A model generated the notes under the pieces. That model was given only the letters and a program-made list of their open reading frames with translations, had not been told where the DNA came from and ran no database searches. From Squalus acanthias (Eukaryota): a stretch of DNA of 64,000 nucleotides. The stretch spans positions 97,652,001 to 97,716,000 of the forward strand of contig CM059431.1 in NCBI GenBank assembly GCA_030390025.1, given 5' to 3'. Shown in pieces: positions 37,468-50,220 of this stretch. Every line of letters begins with the position of its first letter. The stretch's first letter is position 1. Made by a program: the position numbers and the translations under genes.

Positions 37468-37580
37468 GCATTTCCTACATTACAACAGTGACCACACTTC
37501 AAAAGTACTTCATTGGCTGTAAAGCGCTTTGGGACGTCCTGAGGTCATGAAAGGTGCTGTAGAAATGTAAGTCTTTCTTT
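37468..37580 (+). mobile_element. Deu-domain SINE 3' fragment
   Basis: tttcctacattacaacagtgaccacacttcaaaagtacttcattggctgtaaagcgctttgggacgtcc. Confidence 0.8.
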
Positions 37581-38227
37581 GGGCCGCGATTTTCCTTTAC
37601 CAGATATTGGATGCGCTCCAGTTCATAGGGGACATGAAGTCTACTTCGGGGAGTTCCAAGGATGATGAGCAATATCTCGTGCAGACTCGAAATGCCCAGA
37701 TCTCCCAAATGGAAGGAGCCAGGATTATACAAACGTCTGCCGATGTGCACAAACTCCCTGGGAATTCATTCCAGCATGTTTCCACTTACACCTCTTCTCG
37801 GGTGTGGAGATCCTGAGCGATGACTCTGGGACAGATCGATTCAGGCACAGCTCCGTCTGGAGTGACTGCGTCAGTCATCACACACGCTGCAGGACAGCAG
37901 CTGGTTTATATTCAATTGTTGGACCGTTGCTTCTTTTCATTTCAAAACTATTAAACCCATCAACCATATTAACCAGATTAAGGTGCTAATTATCTAGATC
38001 ATTTGCATATCCTCTTAATTTGACAAAAGGTATTCTGTCATCACCTTTTAACAATTCAAATCTCAGTCTAGTTGCAGTTTCATCGAGTATACTGAGGGGG
38101 AGAATTTGTGTAAATAGTCTAACTGTGTGTGTGAGAGTCTAGTCTATGCAAAGGATCTTCGCATAAAGGAAACGAGCATGAAGATCATATAAAACCGAGT
38201 ACATTTTATCAACAACACACAGATTAT

Positions 38228-38506
38228 GGGCGCTCCTCCAATTCTGGCCTCCTGCGCATCCCCGATTTTAATCGCTCCACCATTGGCAGCCGTGCCTTCA
38301 GCTGCCTGGATCCTAAGCTCTGGAATTCCCTCCCTAAACCTCTCTGGCTAGATACCTTAAACCTCCCTCTTTGACCAAGCTTTTGGTCACCAGTCCTAAT
38401 ATATCCTTATGTGGCTCGGTGTCAAATTTTGTTTGATAATCGCTCCTGTGAAGCGCCTCGGGAGGTTTTACTACGTTAAAGGCGCTATATAAATGCAAGT
38501 TATTGT
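38228..38506 (+). mobile_element. L2 LINE 3' end
   Basis: ccaccattggcagccgtgccttcagc...ctctggaattccctccct...aaaggcgctatataaatgcaagtt. Confidence 0.8.
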
Positions 38507-39214
38507 ATCTGGGCACACATGCGGAGGAAACTCCAAGCCCTACATTTCTGAGAGAGCTCTGTGATGTTGCACAGATGTTGGAATTGGCGATTAACAAGGA
38601 GTTTCTCAGGTCCTGCTGCGTGGCTGATCAGATCCACTTGAGGATTCTGGGTCGATTTCTTCTGCAACTTTACCCCGCGGAGCTGGGTATCAATTCACAC
38701 TAAATGATCACTCATTGTTCAACGGCAAAGAATCTTTTACGTTGTTGCATCAAGCAGTGATGAAAGTTGTATCAAAATTTTAAACAGTTTAAACCTCTGT
38801 TGGAAGAGTTGTAAAAATAAATCATTGATTTCGCCCACACTCTGTGCCAGATGGATGCCATTGGGAAAGCAGAGTAAGGTCTGCCACCTTGTGCCCAGCT
38901 GCAGCGTAGCACATACCCTGGGTTTGTTTCTCGATATTCTGGTGAAGAAGTTACCTTGCCTGCTGCCAATTAATTCGTGAACAGGCAAAAGTTAGAAACT
39001 GACGTTAAATGACTATCAATGTCACTTTAACACGGCAATGCCGTCTCACCCCCAGTTAAGGTGTAACAGTTTTCATTTATTCTGGGATATGTGAGTCAAC
39101 AATCAGAAAACAAAGAAATCTGTCCCATATAACCAACAAAAAGACGAAGCTGGATTGTACAGACAACACAGCAATCTGCAATCCCAGCCACTGGACGAGT
39201 GGCCCCCTTTCCCA

Positions 39215-39755
39215 CACACTGCTTCTCACCTCTGGCTATATCTGACCCAGAGACAACAACATTTAAACCCGTATCCGCTCCATCACCAAGACCGCCTATT
39301 TCCACCTCCGTAACATCGCCCGTCTCTGCCCCTGCCTCAGCTCATCTGCTGCTGAAACCCTCATCCATGCTTTCATTACCTCCAGACTCGACTATTCCAA
39401 CGCTCTCCCACCCGGTCTCCCACCTTCCACCCTCCATAAACTTCAGCTCATCCAAAACGTGCCCTAACTCGCACCGAGTCCCGTTCACCCATCACCCCTG
39501 TGCTCGCTGACCTACACTGGCTCCCGGTCCGGCAACATCTCAAATGCAAAATTCCCTTCCTAAACAATTTTGCCTCTCCACCTCTCTCTCCTCTTTAAGT
39601 CGCTCCTTAAAAACTCCCTCTTTGACCAAGCTTTTGGTCACCTGTCCCAATATCTCCTTTATTGTCTCTGCATCTACTTTAGTCTGATTACCCTGAGTGA
39701 AATACATTGGGCCGTTTTTCTACATTAAAGGCGCTATACAAATGCAAGTTGTTGT
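39215..39755 (+). mobile_element. L2 LINE ORF2 C-terminus and 3' tail, internally deleted
   Basis: Encodes [18 protein letters not shown]...[21 protein letters not shown]2 tail. Confidence 0.85.
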
Positions 39756-39824
39756 ATTGGGTGCTCATTTAAAAAATATAAATTTTATGGGTCCTGGCTG
39801 GGGAGGCGATCACCTCTTACAGAG

Positions 39825-39995
39825 GTGGGTACTGCAGGGAATTCAGGGCCAGAGTGATCTCCTGGACTAGTTTCGATCGCCGAGATGGGTCGGAGAGGAA
39901 TTTCCCAGATTTTTTTCCCCAAATTGGCCCGGGGTTTTTATCTGTTTTTTTGCCCCTCCCAGAGATCCCGTGGTTTCGGGTGGGGTGGAGAGAGT
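39825..39995 (+). mobile_element. CR1-type 3' UTR remnant split by the 40001-43020 insertion (continues ~43021-43075)
   Basis: gggtcggagaggaatttcccagattttttcccc...ttttttgcccctccc, then gggacaggctggatggaccagaggg after the insertion. Confidence 0.5.
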
Positions 39996-40000
39996 ATATA

Positions 40001-43000
40001 GAAACATAGAAGATAGGAGCAGGAGTAGGCCATTCGGCCCCTCTAGCCTGCTCCGCCATTTAATGAGATCATGGCTGATCATCCAAATTCAGTACCCAGT
40101 CCCTGCTTTCTCCCCATATCCCTTGATCCCTTTAGCCTTAAGAAATATATCTAACTCCTTCTTGAATATATTTAATGAATTGGCCTCTACTGCCTTCTGT
40201 GGTAGAGAATTCCACAGGTTCACCACTCTCTGGGTGAAGAAATTCCTCCTCATTTTTGTCCTAAATGGCTTACCCCTTATCCTTAGACTGTGACCCCTGG
40301 TTCTGGACTCCCCGACCATCGGGAACATCCTTCCTGCATCTAGTCTGTCCAGTCCTTTCAGAATTTTATAAGTTTCAATGAGATCCCCTCTCATTCTTCT
40401 AAACTCCAGCGAGTATAAGCCTAATTGACCCAATCTCTCCTCATACGTCATTCCTGCCATCCCAGGTATCAGCCTGGTGAATCTTCGCTGAACTCCTTCC
40501 ATGGCAAGAACCTCCTTCCTCAGATAAGGCGACCAAAACTGCACACAATACTCAAGATGTGGTCTCACCAAGGCCCTGTACAACTGCAGCAAAACATCCT
40601 TGTTCCTGTACTCAAACCCTTTCGCTACGAAGGCCAACATACCATTTGCCTTCTTAACCGCCTGCTGCACCTGCATGCTTACCTTCAGCGACTGGTGCAC
40701 AAGGACACCCAGGTCTTATTGCACTTCCCCTTCTCCCAATCTATTGCCATTCAGATAATAATCTGCCTTCCTGTTTTTGACACCAAAGTGGATAACCTCG
40801 CATTTATCCACGTTATATTGCATCTGCCATGCTTCTGCCCAATCACCCAACCTGTCCAAATCATCCTGGAGTTTCTCAGCATCCTCCTCACAGCACACAC
40901 GCCCACCCAGCTTTGTGTCGTCTGCAAACTTGGAGATATTACATCTAGTTCCCTTGTCTAGATCATTAGTATATATTGTGAATAGCTGGGGTCCAAGGAC
41001 CGATCCCTGCGGTACCCCACTAGTCACTGCCTGCCACTCGGAAAAAGACCCGTTTATTCCAACTCTTTGCTTTCTGTCTGCCAACCAGTTCTCTATCCAA
41101 GGCAATACCTTGCCCCCAATCCCATGTGCCTTAACTTTACACGCTAATCTCTTATGCGGGACCTTATCGAAAGCCTTTTGAAAGTCCAAATACACAACAT
41201 CCACTGGTTCTCCCTTATCTGTTTTACCAGTTACATCCTCAAAAAATTCCAGTAGATTAGTCAAGCATGATTTACCTTTTGTAAATCCATGTTGACTTTG
41301 TCCGATCCTGTCACTGTTTTCCAAGTGCTCTGCTATTACATCTTTTATAATGGACTCTAGCATTTTCCCCATTACCGATGTCAGGCTTACCGGTCTGTAA
41401 TTCCCCGTTTTCTCTCTACCACCCTTTTTGAATAGTGGGGTAACATTAGCTACCCTCCAATCCATGGGTATTGTTCCAGATTCCATTGAATGTTGGAAGA
41501 TGATCAGCAATGCATCTACTATTTCTAGGGCCACTTCCTTAAGTACCCTAGGATGTAGATTATCAGGCCCTGGGGATTTATCGGCCTTCAATCCCGCCAA
41601 TTTCCCTAACACCATTTCCCTACAAATACTGATTTCTTTCAGTTCCTCCCTTTCATCAGACCCTATGTTCCCCGACATCTCTGGGAGGTTATTTGTGTCC
41701 TCCTTTGTGAAGACAGAACCAAAATATGTATTTAATTGGTCTGCCATTTCTTTGTTCCCCATTATAAGTTCCCCTGATTCTGACTGCAAGGGACCTACGC
41801 TTGACTTCACCAATCTTTTTCTCTTCACATATCTATAAAAGCTTTTACAGTCAGTTTTTATGTTCCCTGCAAGCTTCCTCTCATATTCTATTTTCCCCTT
41901 CTTAATTAATCCCTTTGTCCTCCTTTGTTGAATCCTAAACTGCTCCCAATCCTCAGGTTTACTGCTTTTTCTGGCCAATTTATATGTCCTCTCCTTGGAT
42001 CTTATGTTATCCCTAATTTCCCTTGTTAGCCACGGTTGAGTCACCTTTTTTGTTTTATTCTTATGCCAAACTGGGATGAACAAATTTGAATGTTTGCCAT
42101 TGCTTATCCACCGTCAACCCTTTGAGTGACATTCCCCAATCAATCCTACCCAACTCGCGCCTCATACCATTGTAGTTTCCTTTATTTAAATTCAGGACCC
42201 TAGTCTCTGAGTCAACTACTTCACTCTCCATCTTAATGAAGAATTCTATCATATTATGATCGCTCCGACCCAAGGTGCCTCGTACAACAAGATTGCTAAT
42301 TAATCCTTTCTCATTACATAATACCCAGTCTAAGATGGCCTGCTCTCTGGTTGGTTCCTCGACATATTGGTCCAGGAAACCATCCCGTAAACACTCCAGG
42401 AATTCCTCCTCCACAGTACTGTTACTAATTTGGTTAGCCAAATCTATATGTAGATTAAAGTCACCCATGATGACTGCTGTGCCCTTATTGCATGCTTCTC
42501 TAATTTCCCTTTTAATGCCATCCCCAACCTCCGTATTACTGTTTGGAGGTCTATATACCACTCCCACTAACGTTTTCTGCCCCTTGGTATTTCTCAGTTC
42601 TACCCATACAGATTCCACATCATCAGAGCTAATATCCTTCCTTACAATTGTGTTAATCCCCTCTTTAACCAGCAATGCTACGCCACCTCCCTTTCCTTTT
42701 TGCCTATCTTTCCTGAATATTGAATACCCCTGGATGTTGAGTTCCCAGCCTTGGCCACCCTGGAGCCATGTTTCCGTAATCCCAATCAAATCATATTCGT
42801 TTACCTCTATTTGCGCAGCTAATTCATCCACCTTATTCCGAATGCTCCTCGCATTAAGACACAAAGCCTTCAGGCTTGTTTTTTTAACGCTCTTAGACCT
42901 ATTAGAATTATTATTTACTGTGGCCATGTTTGATTTAAACCGTTGATTTCTCTGACTGCCACTTTTGTTTTTCTCCTTCCTATCTTTTGCTTTTATCCTT

Positions 43001-43020
43001 GTTTCCCTTTCCTCTGTCTT
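40001..43020 (-). mobile_element. CR1 LINE with nearly complete ORF2 (APE endonuclease + RT), 5'-truncated and disrupted
   Basis: ORFs 42061-43029 (LNARSIRNK, GITETWL, GDFN, SDH), 40716-42083 (RT, FADD) and 40089-40700; tail at 40001. Confidence 0.96.
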
Positions 43021-43078
43021 GTGATTCACAAGGTATCGCGATTGTGTGGGACAGGCTGGATGGACCAGAGGGACTTAT

Positions 43079-43240
43079 CAGCGTTCCCTATAAGCAGTGT
43101 GGCCGTGTAACTCTCTGCCGCTCCCGCGCAGCCTGGGACCGGCTTTTTCAATGTTAAAGTTCGCACATGTGTGAAACTGTTAATGGGCCGCGCAGCCTCG
43201 TAAAGGGGCCACGCACCCAAAAAAATGATGACTAACATTG
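43079..43240. mobile_element. Short MITE-like element, possibly hAT-type; related partial copy at ~60070-60153
   Basis: Ends cagcgttccctataa / aacattg; internal ggctttttcaatgttaa...gtgaaactgt..aatgggccgcgca is shared with 60079-60130, which ends ttaggggaaacatcg. Confidence 0.5.
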
Positions 43241-43720
43241 GTCTTTCCTTGTCCATCATTGTCCGTATGATCGTTCGAGATAAATGCTTTGTCCTGCGCG
43301 CTGCTAACGGAAAGGGCTCTGGTTTGATCGCTGTGTGTGGCGAGAGGACAGTAGGAGCCCCACAAATGGCCAACACATCCCTTGGCAAGAAAAGGGGGCG
43401 AGGGGCAATCAGCCAGGAAGGGTCTCCATCCGTGAGCGTGATCTAGTGACCATACACGGGGGTGAATATTGGGAGGGGGCCATTTTGGGCTCAGCTACAA
43501 TGACCTCTGACACCTACCATCCAGGGCAGCTCAGGCATGAAGAACAGGCAGGTGCACAAAGTGCTGGAGACCTGGCAGTGCCCATTGGAACCAGAAGAAC
43601 AATTGTACTTTCATTTTTGTTACTTAAAAAGACAGTATTGCTCCCTCACTGTGCTGCAGAAAGCTGTATTTGGCTCCTTACCAATAGTGCACTTGGCAGC
43701 AATAGCGTTTCAGTCCTTCA

Positions 43721-44356
43721 TTAAAGCAGCGGCAGTGGCGAGAGGATAAAGAGCGGCCCGAGAGCGGAGCTGAATTAAAGCAGCGGCAGCGGCGAGAGGA
43801 TAAAGAGCGGCCCGAGAGCGGACCTGAATTAAAGCAGCGACAGCGGCGAGAGGATAAAGAGCGGCCCGAGAGCGGACCTGAATTAAAGCAGCGACAGCGG
43901 CGAGAGGATAAAGAGCGGCCCGAGAGCGGAGCTGAATTAAAGCAGCGGCAGCGGCGAGAGGATAAAGAGCGGCCCGAGAGCGGACCTGAATTAAAGCAGC
44001 GACAGCGGCGAGAGGATAAAGAGCGGCCCGAGAGCGGACCTGAATTAAAGCAGCGGCGAGAGGATAAAGAGCGGCCCGAGAGCGGAGCTGAATTAAAACA
44101 GCGGCGAGAGGATAAAGAGCGGCCCGAGAGCGGAGCTGAATTAAAACAGCGGCGAGAGGATAAAGAGCGGCCCGAGAGTGGAGATGAATTAAAGCAGCGG
44201 CAGCGGCGAGAGGATAAAGAGCGGCCCGAGAGCGGAGCTGAATTAAAGCAGCGGCAGCGGCGAGAGGATAAAGAGCGGCCCGAGAGCGGAGCTGAATTAA
44301 AGCAGCGGCGAGAGGATAAAGAGCGGCCCGAGAGCGGACCTGAATTAAAGCAGCGA
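43721..44356 (+). repeat. CpG-rich 54/48-bp tandem monomer array (12 units) at the CR1 5' end
   Basis: ttaaagcagcggcagcggcgagaggataaagagcggcccgagagcggagctgaa and a 6-bp-shorter variant. Confidence 0.93.
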
Positions 44357-44618
44357 CAGGGGCGAGGCTCCGATTCAAAAACAACATCAAAGAATGATGT
44401 CACAGGAGAGCAGGGAGGTGATTGGTTGGTGAGTATTACAGCTCTCTTTTGCTTTCTAAGTTAAGGAAGGGGGTTAAATTAAGAGCTGAGAAACTGTAAC
44501 TTGCTAGTACTTATTAAATTAATAACTTAAATTGAATAAAATAATCAAACTATAAACCTAAAATATTGATTGAATAAAATCTTCAACTAATTAATTAATA
44601 AATAAAACAAGGTTAGAG

Positions 44619-45557
44619 ATGGCAGGGCAGGTGGTGTGTCGTAACTGCAGCATGTGGGAGTCTATGGAGAGCATCGCGATCCCGAGCAACCACATCTGCA
44701 GTAAGTGTCTGCAACTCAAGGAACTTCGGTTCAGAATTGTTGAGCTGGAGTACGAGCTGCAGACATTGCGATGCATCAGGGAAGGGGAGAGTTACCTGGA
44801 CACTTTGTTCCAGGAGGCAGTCACACCCCTTAGGTTAAGTAGTACTTTAGAGTTCGTCAGTGGTCAGGGACAGGAGGGTGTGATCATGAGTCAGGAAGGT
44901 ATGGGGACCCAGGATGCAGTGATGGAGGAACCTCAGCCCTGGACTTTGTCCAACAGGTACCAGGTACTTTCTACCTGTATGGATGAGGAAAAGGACTACA
45001 GGGAGGATGGGCAAACTGACCACGACACCATGGTACAGGGGGCCATCCAAGTGGGGGGAGAAGGAAGGAATGTGGTAGTAGTAGTAGGGGACAGTATAGT
45101 CAGGGGGATAGATACTATTCTCTGCAGCCGCGAAAGAGAGTCCCGAAGGCTGTGTTGCCTGCCCAGTGCCAGGGTTAAGGATATCTCCTCACGGCTGGAG
45201 AAGAACTTGGAGTGGGAGGGGGAGGATCCAGTTGTCATGGTCCATGTAGGAACCAACGACATAGGTAGAACTAACAATGTGGTTCTGCTGAGGGAATTTG
45301 AGGAGCTAGGGTCTAAATTAATAAGCAGAACCACAAGGGTAATAATCTCTGGATTACTACCTGAGCCACACGCAAATTGGCATAGGGTCAAACAGGTCAG
45401 AGAGTTAAAAGCGTGGCTCAAAGAGTGGTGTGGGGAAAAAGGGGTTTCAATTCACATGGCACTGGCACCGGTACTGGGGAAAGAGGGAGCTGTTCCGTCG
45501 AGACGGGCTCCACTTAAACCGGGCTGGGACCAGCGTCCTGGCGAATCGAATAACTAG
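44619..45557 (+). pseudogene. CR1 ORF1p: Cys zinc-finger, coiled coil, SGNH-type esterase; frameshifted near the C-terminus
   Basis: CRNC...CSKC, LKELRFRIVELEYELQTL, VVVVGDSIVRG and VHVGTND motifs; the DGLH motif (gacgggctccac) is out of frame. Confidence 0.85.
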
Positions 45558-45769
45558 AGCTGTAGATAGAGCTTTAAACTAAAAAAAGAGGGGGAGGGGT
45601 CAGGTGAGGGGAAATTTAGAAATCTAAAGGGAAAGGTCAAGGCAATAGAGCAGTGTAGCGATTTGGGTAAAAATAAGCAGAGTGTGACAGGAAGGGACAG
45701 AGAGTTTAATGGTAGCAGTGCAGCAGAGAATAAGGTCAAAGCAGGGAATAATGGTAAAAAATTTAAATT

Positions 45770-48570
45770 AAAGGCTCTTTATCTGAATGCATGAAGCATT
45801 CATAACAAGATAGATGAACTAGTGGCACAAATAGAGATAAATGGGTTTGATCTAACAGCCATTACAGAGACGTGGTTGCAAGGTGGCCAAGGTTGGGAAC
45901 TAAATGTTCCAGGGCACTTGACGTTTCGAAAAGACAGGCAGAATGGGAAAGGAGGGGGAGTAGCCCTGATAATAAAGGATGACATAAGGACAGTAGCGAG
46001 AAAGGGTCTTGGCTCGGAAGATCAGGAAGTAGAATCAGTATGGGTGGAGATAAGGACTAACAAGGGGCAGAAAACATTGGTAGGTGTAGTATATAGGCCG
46101 CCCTAAAAGTAGCTATACCGTTGGACAGAATATTAATCAACAAATAGTAGGAGCTTGCAACAAAGGTAATCTAATAATCTTGGGGGACTTTAATCTTCAT
46201 GTAGACTGGACAAATCAAATTGGTAAAGTTAGTCTGGAGGATGAGTTCATGGAATGTGTTCAGGACAGTTTCCTAAAACATGGAACCAACCAGGGAACAG
46301 GCTATTTTGGATCTTGTATTGTGTAATGAGACAGGGTTAATTAGCAATCTCATAATAAAGGATCCTCTGGGGCAGTGTGATCATAATATGATAGAATTTC
46401 ACATTAATTTTGAGAATGACTTGCCTAAGTCCGAAACTAGAGTTTTAAGCTTAAATAAAGCCAATTACATAGGTATGAGGGGCGAGTTGGCTAAGGTAGA
46501 TTGGAAAAATAGATTAAAAGGTATGGCGGTAGATAAGCAGTGGCTAGCATTTAAAGAAATATTTCATAATTCTCAACAAAAATACATTCCATTGAGAAAC
46601 AAAAACTCCACGGGAAAAGTGATCCAACTGTGGCTAACTAAAGAAGTTAAGGATAGCATCAGATTGAAAGAAGAAGCTTATAATGTTGCAAAGAATAATA
46701 GTAAGCCTGAGGATTGGGAGAGTTTCAGAAACCAGCAAAGGTTGGCAAAAAAATTGATTAAAAAGGAAAAAATAGAATATGAGAGAAAACTAGCAAGAAA
46801 TAAAAAAGCAGATTGTAAGAGCTTCTACAAGTATGTAAAAAGGAAGAGAGTAGCAAAAGTAAGCGTTGGTCCCTTAGAGGCTGAGACAGGAGAAATTATT
46901 ATGGGGAATAAGGAAATGGCAGAAAAGTTAAACAAATATTTTGTATCTGTCTTCACAGTAGAAGACACAAAAAGCATACCAAAAATGATGGGGAACGAAG
47001 GATCTAATGAGGGTGAGGAACTTAACGTAATTAATATAAGTAGAGAAAAAGTACTAGAGAAACTAATGGGACTAAAAGCCGACAAATCCCCTGGACCTGA
47101 CGGCCTACATCCTAGGGTTCTAAAAGAGGTGGCTGAAGAGATAGTGGATGCATTGGTTTTGATCTTCCAAAATTCCCTAGATTCTAGAATGGTCCCAGCG
47201 GATTCGAAGGTCGCAAATGTAACACCGCTATTCAAGAAAGGAGGGAGAGAGAAAACAGGGAACAACAGGCCAGTTAGCCTGACATCAGTTGTCGGGAAAA
47301 TGCTGGAATCCATTGTCAAGGAAGTGGTATCAAGTCACTTAGAAAATCATAACATGATTAGGCAGAGTCAACATGGTTTTATGAAAGGGAAATCATGTTT
47401 GACAAATTTATTAGAGTTTTTTGAGGATGTAACTAGCAGGGTAGATAAAGGGGAACCAGTGGATGTAGTATATTTGGATTTCCAAAAGGCATTCGATAAG
47501 GTGCCACATAAAAGGTTATTACACAAGATTAGGGCTCATGGGGTTGGGGGTAATACAGTAGCATGGATAGAGGATTGGTTAATGGACAGAAAACAGAGAG
47601 TAGGGATAAACGGATCTTTTTCAGGTTGGCAGGCTGTAACTAGTGGGGTGCCGCAAGGATCAGTGTTGGGGCCTCAGCTATTTACAATCTATATTAATGA
47701 CCTAGATGAAGGGACCGAGAGTAATGTATCCAAGTTTGCTGATGATACAAAGCTCGGTGGGACAGTAAGCTGTGAGGAGAACACAAAGAGTCTGCAAAGG
47801 GATATAGATAGACTAAGTGAGTGGGCAGTAAGGTGGCAGATGGAATATAATGTCGGGAAATGTGAGGTTATTCACTTTGGTAGGAAGAATAGAAAATCAG
47901 AATATTTTTTAAATGGTGAGAAACTTTCAAATGTTGGTGTTCAGAGAGATTTGGGTGTTTTCGTGCAAGAAACACAGAAAGCTAGCATGCAGGTACAGCA
48001 AGCAATAAGGAAGGCAAATGGCATGTTGGCCTTTATTGCAAGGGGGTTGGAGTATAAGAGTAAGGAAGTCTTACTACAATTGTACAGGGCTTTGGTGAGA
48101 CCACACCTGGAGTACTGTGCACAGTTTTGGTCTCCTTATCTAAGGATATACTTGCCTTGGAGGCGGTACAACGAAGGTTCACTAGATTGATTCCTGGGAT
48201 GAGAGGGCTGTCCTATGATGAGAGATTGTATAGAATGGGCCTATACTCTCTGGAGTTTAGAAGAATGAGAGGTGATCTCATTGAAACATACAAGATTCTG
48301 AAGGGGATTGACAGGGTAGATGCTGAGAGGTTGTTTCCCCTGGCTGGAGAGTCTAGAACTCGGGGACATAGTCTCAGGATAAGGGGTTGGCCATTTAAGA
48401 CTGAGATGAGGAGGAATTTCTTCACTCAGAGGGTGGTGAATCTTTGGAATTCCCTGCCCCAGAGGGCTGTGGATGCTGAGTCTTTGAGTATATTCAAGAC
48501 AGAAATCGATATATTTTTGGGCTCTAGGGGAATCAAGGGATATGGGGATCGGGCGGGAAAGTGGAGTTGA
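45770..48570 (+). pseudogene. CR1 ORF2p (APE + RT), inactivated by stops and frameshifts
   Basis: [36 protein letters not shown] and KFADD; frameshifts at ~46275 and ~48140. Confidence 0.9.
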
Positions 48571-49069
48571 GGTCGATGATCAGCCATGATCTTATTGAAT
48601 GGCGGTGCAGGCTCGAGGGGCCGTATGGTCCACTCCTGCTCCGATTTCTTATGTTCTTCTTTGTGTATCGATGATTCAGAACGGTGTGAGTGAGAGAGAG
48701 AACAGTTACAGGCCCTACAGTAGAGGGCAGCATTCAACAGGTTACTCGTTGCAAAAATATAAAGTACAAAATGATTGATAGCTTCCGGTAGACCGCTCAC
48801 TCTCTGCTGCTACAACATGACTTAAGCAACCTTCCAAAGATTTCCTCTGCAGTATTGCACTCGTTTCATTGAACTAATGTTTTATATTAACAATGAGCTG
48901 TCATCAGTGCAGTCACTCCCCCGCACGTGTTACACCAGATCACAGGGAAAGTTCAGAGAAACAGCAGAACAGAATCAAACCTGGGCTGGTCCCACTCCAG
49001 TTTTCCGTGAAGTGCGATTCGAATCCAGTTTGTTATCTGAAATAACTTAAATAATAATTATTAACTTAA

Positions 49070-49540
49070 TCAGAATGATACCTGGACTCCAAGGGTTAAA
49101 TTACAAGGAGTGATTACACAATCTAGGGTTGTATTCCCTAGAATTCAGAAGGTTAAGGGGCGATCTGATCGAAGTTTTCAGGATATTAAGGGGAACAGAT
49201 AGGGTAGATAGAGAGAAACTATTCCGCTGGTTGGGGATTCTAGGACTAGGGGACGTAGTCTAAAAATTAAAGCCAGACCTTTCAGGAGTGAAATTAGGAA
49301 ACACTTCTACACAGAAAGGGTGGTAGAAGTTTGGAACTCTCTTCTGCAAATGGCAATTGATGCTAGATCAATTGTTAATTATAAATCGGGGATTGATTGC
49401 TTTTTGTTAACTGAAGGTATTAAGGGATATGGGGCAAAGGCGGGTATATGGAGTTAGGTCACAGATCAGCCATGATCTCATTGAATGGTGGAACAGGCTC
49501 AAGGGGTTAAATGGCCTCCTCCTGTTCCTATGCTCCTATG
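49070..49540 (+). mobile_element. CR1 LINE 3' end (subfamily of the 5163-5385 copy)
   Basis: ORF2 C-terminal DNA and tail gatcagccatgatctcattgaatggtggaacaggctc...cctcctcctgttcctatg. Confidence 0.85.
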
Positions 49541-50220
49541 CTCCCAGTAATCCATTGGTTGTGAGACACTTTGGAATGTCTGGAGGATGTGAAAGGCGCT
49601 TTATAAATGCAAGTTCTTTCTTTCTGTTTCTGACTCCTGGGCCAGAATCCACTGTGCAATTTCACCATTGTGCTTTCAAAAACTTTTTTCTTAGAATGTG
49701 GGCGTCACTTGCAAGGCTGGCATTCATTGCCCATCCTAGTCATGTGAAGGGGTTGGGCCTTTTCTTGCTGGAGATGGTTCCTGCTTGGCACTGGGTGGGC
49801 TATTCCATTATTGGAGGAGTTTGAATGGAATTGCACACTGGAATCATCAGCAAACAGTCCCCCTTCTGACCTTATGATGGAAGGAAGGTCATTGCTGAAG
49901 CAGCTGAAGATGGTTGGGCCGAGGACACTGCCCTGAGGAACTCCTGCAGCGCTGCCCTGAGGAACTCCTGCAGCGCTGCCCTGAGGAACTCCTACAGCGC
50001 TGCCCTGAGGAACTCCTGCAGCGATGTCCTGAGGATGAACTGATAGGCCTCCAACAACCACAACCATCTTCAGATGTGGCTTCAACCCTGGGAGGGCTTT
50101 CTCATGATGCACACTGACCCCAGATTTGCTCGGGCTCCTTAATGCCACACTCAGTCGAATGTTGCCTTGATATCTAATCTGAAATTCAACTCTTGTGTTC
50201 ATGTCTGGATCAGGGCTGTG

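Larger units (their letters stand above)
43721..48657 (+). mobile_element. Near full-length CR1 LINE (5' monomer array, ORF1, disrupted ORF2, 3' tail)
   Basis: Contiguous 5' UTR, ORF1 44619-45557, ORF2 pieces 45822-46106, 46280-48190 and 48127-48570; tail ttcttatgttctt. Confidence 0.95.

Noticed and set aside
38737..38988. 83-aa minus-strand ORF as an exon of a neighbouring gene
   Set aside because: No recognisable domain, convincing splice sites or partner exons.
43678..44403. Repetitive Cys/Arg- and Ala-rich ORFs on the minus strand
   Set aside because: Antisense reading of the CR1 5' monomer array.
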